From Paraburkholderia sp. (GTDB lineage Bacteria > Pseudomonadota > Gammaproteobacteria > Burkholderiales > Burkholderiaceae): a stretch of DNA of 64,000 nucleotides. The position numbers were made by a program, and so were the translations under genes. The notes below the pieces were generated by a model that did no database searches, was not told where the DNA came from, and was given only the letters and a program-made list of their open reading frames with translations. The DNA is taken from contig NZ_DASXHA010000141.1 of NCBI RefSeq assembly GCF_036488795.1, positions 2,825 through 66,824 on the forward strand, read 5' to 3'. Position 1 is the first letter of the stretch. Every line of letters starts with the position of its first letter. This document shows, piece after piece, positions 1 to 9,177 of this stretch.

Positions 1-3000
1 TGCGCTTCCGCGGGCACCGCCTGCCGTGTGCCGTCCGGGCCGAACCAGCGGCTCAGATGTTCGCGCAGGGTCGCAAGGCGGGTCGGCTTGACGAGGCAGT
101 CGTCCATGCCCGCGTCGAGACATTCGCTCAGGTCCTCCGGCGCCGTGTTTGCGGTGATACCGAGGATGGGTAACGGCTGGGTGCCAGCCGGCAGCGCGGC
201 TTCGTCTGCCCGCACCCGCTGCGCCAGTTCGTAGCCGGACAGATTCGGCATATGGCAATCGGTGATGAGGCAACCGTAGCTCGTGTGCTTCAATGCGGCG
301 AGCGCTTCGGCGCCGTCGTTCACGACGTCGCACGCAAACCCCAACAGCGCCAGCTGATGACGGATCAGCTCCTGATTGACCGGATGGTCCTCCGCCACCA
401 GAATCAGCCGGCCGCTCGCAATCGCCCGCTCCCGGTCCGGCGGCGCGGCGGCCGCCTCGTCGGTGCCGCGCACACGCGCTGGCGACGGCGACAAACCGGT
501 CAACGCCGCGGCGCACGCCGCACCGAGGCCACGCCAGGAAATCGGATTGATACTGACGCGCACCGCTTCGTTGATGATCCGGTAGCCGGTCGGCTTGGGC
601 TTTTCGGTCATGCTGATCACGCGAGAATCCGCACGCGCCGCTTCGGGTATCTCGATGCCTTCACTCAGAAAAATCAGATCTGTGTTGGCCAGCACCGCCG
701 GGTCCTGCACCCCCCCGCTAGCCGGACACACACAGCGCAGTTCGATGCCGAGCGCGGTGCCAAAGTGCATCAGCGCCTGCGCGACGCGTTCATCGGTGAC
801 GGCCACGACGCCGCGCTTGCCGCGCAGACCACCCATCCTGTAGCGCTGCGCCTCGACGGGCATCGTCAGCCGCACCGTCATGCGAGTGCCCACGCCAGGC
901 GCGCTGTGAAGTTCCAGCGTGCCGCCCATGAGCGCGATCAGCTTACGGCAGATGGTGAGGCCAAGCCCCGTGCCGCCGAAGCGTCGCGTGGTGGACGACT
1001 CGGCCTGCACGAACGGCTCGAACAGGCGCGCCTGCACCTCCGGCGCGATGCCGATGCCCGTGTCCTCGACGCTCACCTCGAGCGTTTGCCCACGATCCGT
1101 TTGCGCCGCAACGGCGACGCGCACATCGACCTCGCCGGCCAGCGTGAACTTGATTGCATTGCCCAGCAGGTTGAAGAGAATCTGGCGCAGCCGCACGCTG
1201 TCGCCGCGCAGGCTGGCGGCCACCTCGGACGCAATATGTACGCGCACCTTCAGGCCCTTCTCATGCGCCCGCCCGGCGAGCAGCCCGACCGCGTTGTCGA
1301 CCAGTTCGCGCAGGTCGATCGGCTCCGCTTCGATGGTCAGGCGTCCGGCTTCGATCTTCGAGTAGTCGAGCAGGTCATCGAGAATCTGCAACAGTGCGCC
1401 CGCGGACTCGTGGATCATGCTGAGCATTTCGCCCTGATCCGCGTTCAGACGGGTACGTTCCAGCACTTCGACGAGCCCGAGCACGCCATTCATCGGCGTA
1501 CGGATTTCGTGGCTCATCATTGCCAGAAAGTCATCCTTGGCACGCGACGCGGCTTCCGCGAGGTCACGCGCGCGCGCCAGTTCGTCGGAGCGCGCGTGCT
1601 CGGCGCTGGCGTCGACCCAATAGCCGCTCCACACCACACTGCCGCCCTCCTCGCGGCGCGGCGCCAGTTCGGCACGCACCCACCTGATCCCGGCGTGCGT
1701 CCCGGACCGGAACTCCATATGGATGGGCGTCTCCGAGCGCGCGGAACGCTCGAGTTCGGCCAGCACGCGCGACCGGTCTTCCGGCCAGATCCGTTCGAAG
1801 CTGATTTCGCCCGCGCTCATCAGCGTGCTGCCATCGCCGCCCAGCAGATTCTGCGTGTCACCGCCGAGATAAGGGAACGAGTAGCGGCCGAACGCGTCAC
1901 GCCGCAGCTGGAACACCACCGCCGGCAGCGAGCGCGTCACGTCAAAGAGACGCCGCTCGTTCTCACGGGCGAGCAGTTCGGTCCGGCGGATCTCGGTGAT
2001 GTCGACCATGGTGCCCAGCACGCAGGCCGGCTGACCGTCCGCGCCACGGCAGATCCGGGTCCAGAACAGACCGTGGCGCATCTCGCCGGCGCGGTCTGCA
2101 AATTCGAGTTCGACCTGGCCGTGTTCGCCGGTCCTCAGCATCTGGCGGATCATGTTTTCCAGCTTGCGGCTATTCAATGCGCCCCATGCCTGCACTTCGC
2201 GGCCCTTGAGTCCGATGATTTCCTCGCGCTTCAGACCCGAGCACTCTTCGTAAGCGCGGTTGATGGCGATATACCGTCCTTCCAGATCCCGCGCGACGAG
2301 CGGATAGGGTACGGTCTCCATCATGGTTTGCTGGAAATTCAGTTGCGCCGCCAGTGCCCGTTCGGTTCGCTTGCGCAGCCGTACTTCGCGCTGCAGTAGC
2401 AGATAGGCACGCAGGGTCACCACCAGCACCACGCCAATACCGATCAGCAGCGGCAGCAAACGCACGGCCGTCACACTCCAGCCGCGAGGGTCGCCGGCAT
2501 TCCCGGTCACCCATTTCTGGCGGATGCGTTGCTTTTCGGCTGCCGGCATGGCGAGCAACGCGCGGTCGATCAAGCCCGCGAGCGGCGCGAGACTGGGGCG
2601 CACCGCAAAACCGAGGGAGTCGGATTCGCCGACCGTGCCAAGAATCTTGAGCACGCCGGCGTAGCGCTGCTTCAATTCGAGGTCGACAGCGGCCACGTTG
2701 CCGACCAGCACATCCGCCTTGCGGCTCGCCACCAGATTGAGTGCATCTTCGAGGCTGGGCGCCACCGTCACATTCGCCGCAGGGATGCGGTAGGCGGCCA
2801 GCGGGATCGAGCCGGCGACGTGCGCGGAGACGGCAATGCGGCGAGTCGCGAAGTCACTCAGACTGCGCGCAACAGGCTCGTCCTCGCGCCCCACGATGAC
2901 GAGCGGATAGCTTTCGTAAGGACGCGTCTTTGCGGCGCCCGCCAGGCTGGGATCGCCGGGCGAAGAGGTGGCGAGCAGCGCCAGTTCGCCGCGCTGGAAC

Positions 3001-4067
3001 GCGCTGAGCGTCGACGGCCAGTCTTCGATCGGCGCGCGGCTGAAGCGGACACCGAGCGAACGGCTGAGATAGTCGAGGTATTCGGCGGCGATGCCGCTCG
3101 GGCGCCCCGACTCGTCGAGATAGCTGAATGGCGGCCAGCCGCGATCGAAGCCCACGGCGAGCGGCGGCAGCGAATGCAGCCAGGCCCGCTCGCCGGGCGT
3201 GAGCACCAGTCGCCGGGCGGCGGCGATGGACGATTCATCGAAGCTTTTGCCGAGCCAGTGTACGGCGATGGCCGCCTGATCGGCCGGACCCATGGCCGCC
3301 AGCGCCCGATCGAGCTGGTCGCGCAGCGCGGTACGACTGGGCTTCACGGCGAAGCGCAGTTCGCTGGGCCTGACGTTGTCTTCGAAGGCAACGCGCAGAT
3401 CGCGCATTGCGTCGTTGGCGAGCGCGAATTGCACTGAAGGGGTGAAGCCGAGATAAGAATCGGCGTCGCCCTGTGCAACGGCGCGTAACGCGGAAGCGGT
3501 GTCGGTGAAGAGGCTGAATTGCGCGTGCGGGAACCGGTCGCGCAGCGTCCGTTCCAGGGCGAAGCCTCTTTCGATCGCAATGCGCGCGTCGGCAAGCTGC
3601 TCGACGCTCTGCAAGGTCGTGTCGCGAGCGTTGGCCACGACCGAAATGGATGACCGGAAGTAAGGCGCGGTGAAGGCGAGACGATGCTCCCGCTCAGGCG
3701 TGCGGGCCATGCTCATCGTCACGTCGACGTCGCCCCTGGAGACAGCTGCCAGCAGTTGCGGCATATCCGGATATAGCCTGGGCTCCACGACGACATCCGG
3801 CCCCACGAGCGCGCGCAGATAGTCGACGCTCAGACCGGTCAATCGGCCGCCCTCGAATTCCTCGAACGGCGCCCAGCCGCTTTCCAGCACACCCACTCTC
3901 AGCGTCGAGGGCGCTGCATTGCCGACGGCGTTTCCCTGTGACGCTACGCCGGGCGGGGTGGCGGCATACGCGAACTGGGCGCCGAGTAGCATGAACAGCG
4001 CGACGCAGCACCGCAACAGGGATTGCAGCGCCGCGCTCATGTTGGCGTTGGCGGGCGTCCTCAGCAT
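1..4067 (-). CDS. EvgS/BvgS-like hybrid sensor histidine kinase (two periplasmic SBP-3 domains, TM, two PAS, HisKA, HATPase, REC); 3' end lies beyond the window start
   Basis: Not in the ORF track (no stop in window); motifs read by hand in one frame from ATG 4067 (alternative ATG 4040): LRVGVLESGWAPFE (SBP), TM at ~2400-2470, H-box FLAMMSHEIRTPM at ~1500, RLRQILFNLLGNAIKFT, FGGTGLGL, REC ILVAEDHPVNQ...TDCHMP. Confidence 0.92.
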   Translation of the reverse strand, partial: MLRTPANANMSAALQSLLRCCVALFMLLGAQFAYAATPPGVASQGNAVGNAAPSTLRVGVLESGWAPFEEFEGGRLTGLSVDYLRALVGPDVVVEPRLYPDMPQLLAAVSRGDVDVTMSMARTPEREHRLAFTAPYFRSSISVVANARDTTLQSVEQLADARIAIERGFALERTLRDRFPHAQFSLFTDTASALRAVAQGDADSYLGFTPSVQFALANDAMRDLRVAFEDNVRPSELRFAVKPSRTALRDQLDRALAAMGPADQAAIAVHWLGKSFDESSIAAARRLVLTPGERAWLHSLPPLAVGFDRGWPPFSYLDESGRPSGIAAEYLDYLSRSLGVRFSRAPIEDWPSTLSAFQRGELALLATSSPGDPSLAGAAKTRPYESYPLVIVGREDEPVARSLSDFATRRIAVSAHVAGSIPLAAYRIPAANVTVAPSLEDALNLVASRKADVLVGNVAAVDLELKQRYAGVLKILGTVGESDSLGFAVRPSLAPLAGLIDRALLAMPAAEKQRIRQKWVTGNAGDPRGWSVTAVRLLPLLIGIGVVLVVTLRAYLLLQREVRLRKRTERALAAQLNFQQTMMETVPYPLVARDLEGRYIAINRAYEECSGLKREEIIGLKGREVQAWGALNSRKLENMIRQMLRTGEHGQVELEFADRAGEMRHGLFWTRICRGADGQPACVLGTMVDITEIRRTELLARENERRLFDVTRSLPAVVFQLRRDAFGRYSFPYLGGDTQNLLGGDGSTLMSAGEISFERIWPEDRSRVLAELERSARSETPIHMEFRSGTHAGIRWVRAELAPRREEGGSVVWSGYWVDASAEHARSDELARARDLAEAASRAKDDFLAMMSHEIRTPMNGVLGLVEVLERTRLNADQGEMLSMIHESAGALLQILDDLLDYSKIEAGRLTIEAEPIDLRELVDNAVGLLAGRAHEKGLKVRVHIASEVAASLRGDSVRLRQILFNLLGNAIKFTLAGEVDVRVAVAAQTDRGQTLEVSVEDTGIGIAPEVQARLFEPFVQAESSTTRRFGGTGLGLTICRKLIALMGGTLELHSAPGVGTRMTVRLTMPVEAQRYRMGGLRGKRGVVAVTDERVAQALMHFGTALGIELRCVCPASGGVQDPAVLANTDLIFLSEGIEIPEAARADSRVISMTEKPKPTGYRIINEAVRVSINPISWRGLGAACAAALTGLSPSPARVRGTDEAAAAPPDRERAIASGRLILVAEDHPVNQELIRHQLALLGFACDVVNDGAEALAALKHTSYGCLITDCHMPNLSGYELAQRVRADEAALPAGTQPLPILGITANTAPEDLSECLDAGMDDCLVKPTRLATLREHLSRWFGPDGTRQAVPAEA

Positions 4068-4097
4068 GCGCGCGCCGACCGGGCAGACAGGTGAAAA

Positions 4098-4844
4098 CTA
4101 GATGACGTCATGGCGCATTGCCTCGCGAGTAGCCTGTTGCGCGCGCGGCTTACCCCACAGGAGCGCGTAGACTGCACCGGCAGCGATGCCGCCCGCCATT
4201 GGCGCGGCCCAGAAGAGCCAGAGCTGGTCGAGTGCCCAGTCGCCGACAAACAGCGCCGGACCGGTGGAGCGCGCAGGATTGATCGATGCATTGGTGACGG
4301 GCAGCGCCACGAGGTAGATAAGCGCGAGGCATGCGCCCTTTACCAGCGGTGTGATGGAACGCGAGATGTTTTTGCGCGAGATCATCAGGTTCGCCATTAC
4401 GAACGCAAACGACATCACCAGTTCGATCGCCAGCGCTGAGTGGAACTGATAGTCCGCCGGCGAGTGATCGCCGAAGCCGTTAGCTGCGAATTCGCTTGCC
4501 GCGAGGTCGAATCCCGGCCGGCCGCTTGCCACATAGGCGAGCAGCGCGGTGCCGGCCACCGCGCCGAGGATCTGAGCGGCAATGTACGGCACCAGATCGC
4601 GCACCGGAAAACGGTTGGCGACGGCGAGCCCAATGGTGACCGCCGGGTTGAAGTGCGCGCCTGACAGGCGTCCGAGTGCGTAGGTGGCCGTCGCCAGCGC
4701 AAGGCCGAACGCCAGCGCCACCTCGAGCACGCCGTAGCCTTGCGGCGCGCCGCCCGCATTCAGAACGACGCTGCCGCAGCCCACGAATACGAACCAGGCC
4801 GTGCCCGCGCCTTCGACCGCCAAACGCTTACCCAACGTCACCAT
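4098..4844 (-). CDS. aqpZ: Aquaporin Z-like MIP channel (divergent)
   Basis: Two NPA motifs (SGAHFNPAVT, SINPARS), AqpZ-like FAANGFGDHSP and QLWLFWAAP; ATG 4844 with AGAGG upstream. Confidence 0.88.
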   Translation of the reverse strand: MVTLGKRLAVEGAGTAWFVFVGCGSVVLNAGGAPQGYGVLEVALAFGLALATATYALGRLSGAHFNPAVTIGLAVANRFPVRDLVPYIAAQILGAVAGTALLAYVASGRPGFDLAASEFAANGFGDHSPADYQFHSALAIELVMSFAFVMANLMISRKNISRSITPLVKGACLALIYLVALPVTNASINPARSTGPALFVGDWALDQLWLFWAAPMAGGIAAGAVYALLWGKPRAQQATREAMRHDVI

Positions 4845-5023
4845 GTCGTGCCTCTGTATGCGCGTCGCACGGTGCGACGACGCATACGATGCGTCGAGTC
4901 GCCGCCATGCAGATTTTTTGTTCAGATTGGCATGCCGAATCGCTGATTCGTGAGAGGTTGACGACGCCAGACGTGAACCGCATGCCATCACGCAAGTATG
5001 AGATCGCGTTGTCATGCGCCTAA

Positions 5024-5037
5024 TCAGACGATTCTTA
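5024..5037. promoter_or_regulatory. RcsB-box-like operator candidate TCAGACGATTCTTA upstream of the aquaporin
   Basis: Reverse complement TAAGAATCGTCTGA resembles the RcsAB box TaAGaatatTCctA; related site TCAGAAATTTCTCT at 5064-5077. Confidence 0.45.
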
Positions 5038-5086
5038 ATTCAAGGATTTTTCGCCCGACATGATCAGAAATTTCTCTCTCGCACGC

Positions 5087-5731
5087 TCAAGTCAAACCGA
5101 TCTGGTGTGCGTATCTGATGAGATCGGCTTCTGATTCGAGGCCTAGCTTGCGCATCGCGCTTCGCTTTTGCGTGCTGATCGTCTTGCCGCTGCGTTCCAG
5201 ACGCGCGGCGATCTCGCGGATGCGCATGCCTTGCACATACAGACGGAACACCTCCCACTCCCGCGCACTCAGGACACCTGCACGCGGTTGTGGAAACGAG
5301 CCGGTCTGGTCGAAGGCGGCGCGCACGCAGGCGGACACATAGTTGCCGCCGCTTGCCGCTGCGTGGATGGCGTCCACCAGCGCCTCCACCGTGTCGCGTT
5401 TGTCGACGACGGCCGCCACGCCCATCTGCAGCAAGCCGGCCAGTGTGGGCGGATGGCAGATCATCGTCAGTACGACGATGCGCAAACCCGGCGCGTGGCG
5501 CAGGGCACGCCGCAACACGGTGGTTGCGTTGCCAGAGCCTTCGATATCGGGCATGCCGAGATCCGACACGACCACCTCGCATGGGCAGGTGTCGAGACAT
5601 TCGGCCAGCATTTGCGCATCGGCTGCCTCGCCGACGATCGACATATGTGGAAGGGGCTGCAGCAGTTGTCTGACGCCCATACGGACGCAGCTGTGGTCGT
5701 CGGCTACGATCACTCGAATTTTCGGTTTCAT
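5087..5731 (-). CDS. RcsB/EvgA-like REC-LuxR response regulator 1
   Basis: IVADDH, VSDLGMP, VLTM, VDK; HTH LSAREWEV...RSGKTISTQKRSAMRKLG; start placed at MKPKIRV. Confidence 0.92.
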   Translation of the reverse strand: MKPKIRVIVADDHSCVRMGVRQLLQPLPHMSIVGEAADAQMLAECLDTCPCEVVVSDLGMPDIEGSGNATTVLRRALRHAPGLRIVVLTMICHPPTLAGLLQMGVAAVVDKRDTVEALVDAIHAAASGGNYVSACVRAAFDQTGSFPQPRAGVLSAREWEVFRLYVQGMRIREIAARLERSGKTISTQKRSAMRKLGLESEADLIRYAHQIGLT

Positions 5732-5834
5732 TTTTTGTTGTGTACTGGCCGGTACTCCCCGCACGTGGTGCATCCCCAGGAGTTGCCGGACCTTTGATTC
5801 ACCGTCGCGCGGGTGGCGCGCGACGCCCGCCGGA

Positions 5835-6527
5835 TCAGCGCCGGTTCAGTCGGCGATCGCCGGACAGCACGCCATGCTCGACCGCGAACCGGAATAACTC
5901 GCTGTCGCTCTGTAAAGCCAGCTTGCGCATGGCGGTGCATTTCTGCGCGCTAATGGTCTTGACGCTGCGACCGAGCTGGGACGCTATCTCCGTCACGCCC
6001 AGCCCCGCCGCGTAGTGCGTCAGCACCTCGAGTTCGCGCGGCGACAACAACTGGCGCACGAACTCGAGGCGGCGCGCTACGGTTGCCTCCGCGATCAGCG
6101 AGCGCACTGCCGGCCCCACGTAGCACTCGTGCGCCAATGCCGTGACGATAGCAACATGGATCAGGTCGATGCGATCGCGCTTGCTCACGAGCGCATCCAC
6201 GCCGAGCGACAGCACCTGCTGCAGCGCTTGCGCCTCGGTCTCCATGGTGAGGACCACCAGCGCCACGTCCGGGTAGCGTTTCTTGAAGCACCTGATTGTG
6301 TCGATGCCGTCGCTCCCCAGATCACCCGGCATATGCAGATCCATCACGGCGAGATCGCATTCGACGCGATCGGCTTCAGCAAACAGTTCGGACGAACCGG
6401 TAGCACGCCCGACGACTGTGAGATTGGGAAAGCTGGACAGCAGGTTTTCGATTGCGAGCAAAACCAGCGGATGATCGTCCGCGATAATCGCTCTCGTGGT
6501 TGCATTGATTTCGGCGCGTTGTTTCAT
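5835..6527 (-). CDS. RcsB/EvgA-like REC-LuxR response regulator 2
   Basis: IIADDHP, VMDLHMP, VLTM, VSK; HTH LSPRELEV...RSVKTISAQKCTAMRKL. Confidence 0.92.
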   Translation of the reverse strand: MKQRAEINATTRAIIADDHPLVLLAIENLLSSFPNLTVVGRATGSSELFAEADRVECDLAVMDLHMPGDLGSDGIDTIRCFKKRYPDVALVVLTMETEAQALQQVLSLGVDALVSKRDRIDLIHVAIVTALAHECYVGPAVRSLIAEATVARRLEFVRQLLSPRELEVLTHYAAGLGVTEIASQLGRSVKTISAQKCTAMRKLALQSDSELFRFAVEHGVLSGDRRLNRR

Positions 6528-6621
6528 CGTGTTCGGTTTTCCCGATTCGTCACATCCTGTCGCTCTCTTGAGGAACAACTGGGCCAGCGGCGAGCATCAA
6601 ACATTTGCCAATCGACAAACA

Positions 6622-6651
6622 TAAGAGCGCTCTTAAATGAGAATTTTCCAT
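6622..6651. promoter_or_regulatory. Tandem RcsB-box-like sites (perfect palindrome TAAGAGCGCTCTTA plus TGAGAATTTTCCAT)
   Basis: 6622-6635 is a perfect 14-bp palindrome in the AT-rich spacer upstream of regulator 2; second related 14-mer at 6638-6651. Confidence 0.5.
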
Positions 6652-6691
6652 TGTCATTCTGATTTAATTGATTAGTTATCCGACGTGATAA

Positions 6692-7342
6692 TCAGACCGT
6701 TCCGTGAACTCGAACGTAGGCGAATAAAGCGGGATCGTTATCTACCCCAAGCTTGGCCATGGCAATGCGCTTCTGGCGGCTCACGGTGCGGATATCTCGT
6801 CCAAGCACGCGGGCGATTTCAGACACTGACCTTCCCCGTACGAACATTCCGACCACCTCCGTCTCGCGCGGCGACAGACAGCGCGTCGATAACGACACGG
6901 GAGGCACGCCGTCGACTTCAGTGAGCGCCGCCAGAATCGACTGGCTGATGTGCACATGCCCTGCACTCGCGGACCGGATCGCGCTGACCAGTTCGTCCAT
7001 CGAGCCGGCTTTGTTCAGCAGGCTCACCGCGCCATCCAGCAAGATGGAACGCGCAATGACGGGGCTTGCCAGGCTGGTCAGCACCACGATGCGCAACGCC
7101 GGCCAGTCGCAGCGAATGCGCCTCACGAGACGCATGCCGTCGTCAATCGTGCCGTCTGCTTCAGGCATGCTCAGATCGGTCACGAGCACGTCGCACCTGA
7201 CCTTCTGCAGCAGTTCAATCAGGGAAGTGGGATTCGCCGACTCGCCGGCAATGACGATGTCGGCGTGCGCGGAAACGGCGGACCGCACGCCGAGCCGCAC
7301 GAAGGGATGGTCGTCGGCCAGAACGACCCGAAGTTGCACCAT
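6692..7342 (-). CDS. RcsB/EvgA-like REC-LuxR response regulator 3
   Basis: VLADDHP, VTDLSMP, VLTS, LNK; HTH LSPRETEV...RDIRTVSRQKRIAMAKLG. Confidence 0.92.
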   Translation of the reverse strand: MVQLRVVLADDHPFVRLGVRSAVSAHADIVIAGESANPTSLIELLQKVRCDVLVTDLSMPEADGTIDDGMRLVRRIRCDWPALRIVVLTSLASPVIARSILLDGAVSLLNKAGSMDELVSAIRSASAGHVHISQSILAALTEVDGVPPVSLSTRCLSPRETEVVGMFVRGRSVSEIARVLGRDIRTVSRQKRIAMAKLGVDNDPALFAYVRVHGTV

Positions 7343-7559
7343 GTTTATCTCGTTTGTTGTATGTGTACGCGAGTCAGACGTCTGAAAAAAACGCTGTCGG
7401 GTGTTCGGCTCGACGTTCCAATTCATGGCGCGGGAACGGCGTGGCAAACTCGTCTATAAAATCAGTTTGTTCGAAAGAAGCGAATCGGAGGTTTCCGAAT
7501 AGCCTTCAATTAGCAAACTTATTTCTTTCAAAAACCCTCGTATTTCGCGCACACCCACA

Positions 7560-8189
7560 CTACACGCGCGCTGCGGCGCGCGCCCTCGCAGCGACGGCGC
7601 GCGGAAACACCGGCAGCGCGATCAGCGCAAACACACGCGCCACGGCCCACACCATGGGCCACGATCCAACTGACAGCAGCAGCGGAATGGCCAATGGCGT
7701 CACGAACAAGGTCAGGAACGCAAAGGTGTTGCCCATTGCCAGCGCCGTGCCGGCACGGCTCGTGCCCGCGAGCGTCGCCAGTTCGGTGAACGCCACGCCA
7801 TGCCACGCCGAAGCACACACGCCACCCAGCATTGCGAGGCCGGGTACAGATGCGCCGTGCGGCACCACGAAGCACGCCATCGCCGCAAGTGCCGCCGCCG
7901 TCGAGCCGAGGCCGAGCAGCAGCACCCGGCGGCCGCCCCAACGATCTGTCAGCAGACCCCACGGCAATTCGCTCAACGCGATGCCAAGACCCATCATCCC
8001 GAGCACCAGTCCCAGGCCGCTATTGCCGACGTGATACCCGGAACGCAGAAAGACCGCCGTGGTCGGGAGGCCTGAAAACGCCGCGGAAAAACTCGCGTTT
8101 GCGGCAAAGCCGCCCCCTAACGCCTTCCAGCGGTGATTGACGCCGCGCGCGTGGGTCGCGTGCGCGTTTTGCGGAAATTCACGTCCCAT
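7560..8189 (-). pseudogene. Half-length (209 aa) MFS transporter; probable in-frame internal deletion
   Basis: MFS motif-A-like WGLLTDRWGGRRVLL in the N-terminal part joined directly to C-terminal-type segments (GGVCASAWHGVAFTELA...RAGTALAMGNT); about 6 TM rather than 12. Confidence 0.6.
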
Positions 8190-8273
8190 GACGCCCCCAG
8201 GATCCGAGATGAACTGGCAGCATCGCAAGACTGGACTGTCCATCGGAGAATCAGGAAAATCATATGACTTCCA

Positions 8274-8286
8274 TCGGATAATCCGA
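8274..8286. promoter_or_regulatory. LysR-type T-N11-A operator (TCGGATAATCCGA)
   Basis: Perfect inverted repeat in T-N11-A spacing in the divergent MFS/LysR spacer, 3 nt before the LysR ATG. Confidence 0.6.
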
Positions 8287-8289
8287 ATC

Positions 8290-9177
8290 ATGACCTTACG
8301 TGGATTCGATCTGACCCAACTACGTACCTTTGTCGCCGTCGCCGAGTCGGGCAGCGTGTCGGCAGGTGCGGAGCGCGTCTTCCTGTCGCAGTCGTCGGTG
8401 AGCGAGCAGTTGAAGAAGCTCGAGGAGCGCGCCGGCCAGCCGCTCTTCGTACGCAGCAAACAGGGCGTGACTGCGACGCAGGCCGGCGCGCGCCTGCTCG
8501 ATCACGCACGCCGCATCCTCGCCATGAGCGAAGCCGCGTTCGAAGACCTGCAAGGCCATTCGCTAGACGGCGAACTGCGCATTGCGATCACGGACTATTA
8601 CCGTCCGCACGACATTGCCCGCATTCTGAAAACGTTCTCGGAGCAGTACCCGCGGCTGAAGCTGCACGTCACCGTGTTGCCGAGCGCCGTGATCGACAGC
8701 AGCGCCGGTGACGACGCGTCGTTCGACATTGGCCTGTCGCTGCGTCTTGCCGCGCCGGCCCAGCGGCGCGGAACCGGCGCGGCTCGCGCACAGGGCACGG
8801 CCGTGCGCCGCGAGAAACTGCTCTGGGCCGTCTCCGCCGACGCCGACCCGCGCGTCGCCGAGCCCTATCCGCTCGTGCTGCTGCCGTCCACTTGCCAGCT
8901 GCAGCGCTTCGTCGTCAAGCTGCTCGACGAACGCAAGGTGCCCTACGTGATCTCGCACTCGGCGTCGGGCGTGGCCGGTCTGCAACTCGCGTTGAAGGCG
9001 GGACTCGGCATCTCCTGTCTGAATGAATCGTCGATCGGCGCCGGCGTCGTTGCCGTTGCGCCAGCGGTTGGCTTACCGGCACTACCTTCGGTTGAATTTC
9101 ATCTGCTGCCCGGGCGCGCGGGTGAAAGCGAACGGGTCAGCAATGCGCATGCTGCGCTGGTGCGCCTCTTTAGCTGA
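8290..9177 (+). CDS. LysR-family transcriptional regulator
   Basis: N-terminal HTH FDLTQLRTFVAVAESGSVSAGAERVFLSQSSVSEQLKKLE; 295 aa; divergent from the MFS gene. Confidence 0.95.
   Translation: MTLRGFDLTQLRTFVAVAESGSVSAGAERVFLSQSSVSEQLKKLEERAGQPLFVRSKQGVTATQAGARLLDHARRILAMSEAAFEDLQGHSLDGELRIAITDYYRPHDIARILKTFSEQYPRLKLHVTVLPSAVIDSSAGDDASFDIGLSLRLAAPAQRRGTGAARAQGTAVRREKLLWAVSADADPRVAEPYPLVLLPSTCQLQRFVVKLLDERKVPYVISHSASGVAGLQLALKAGLGISCLNESSIGAGVVAVAPAVGLPALPSVEFHLLPGRAGESERVSNAHAALVRLFS

Noticed and set aside
252-2399. 715-aa plus-strand ORF
   Set aside because: Antisense shadow of the sensor kinase; no motifs, and typical of GC-rich DNA. The same applies to the many Arg/Ala-rich overlapping ORFs in the track.
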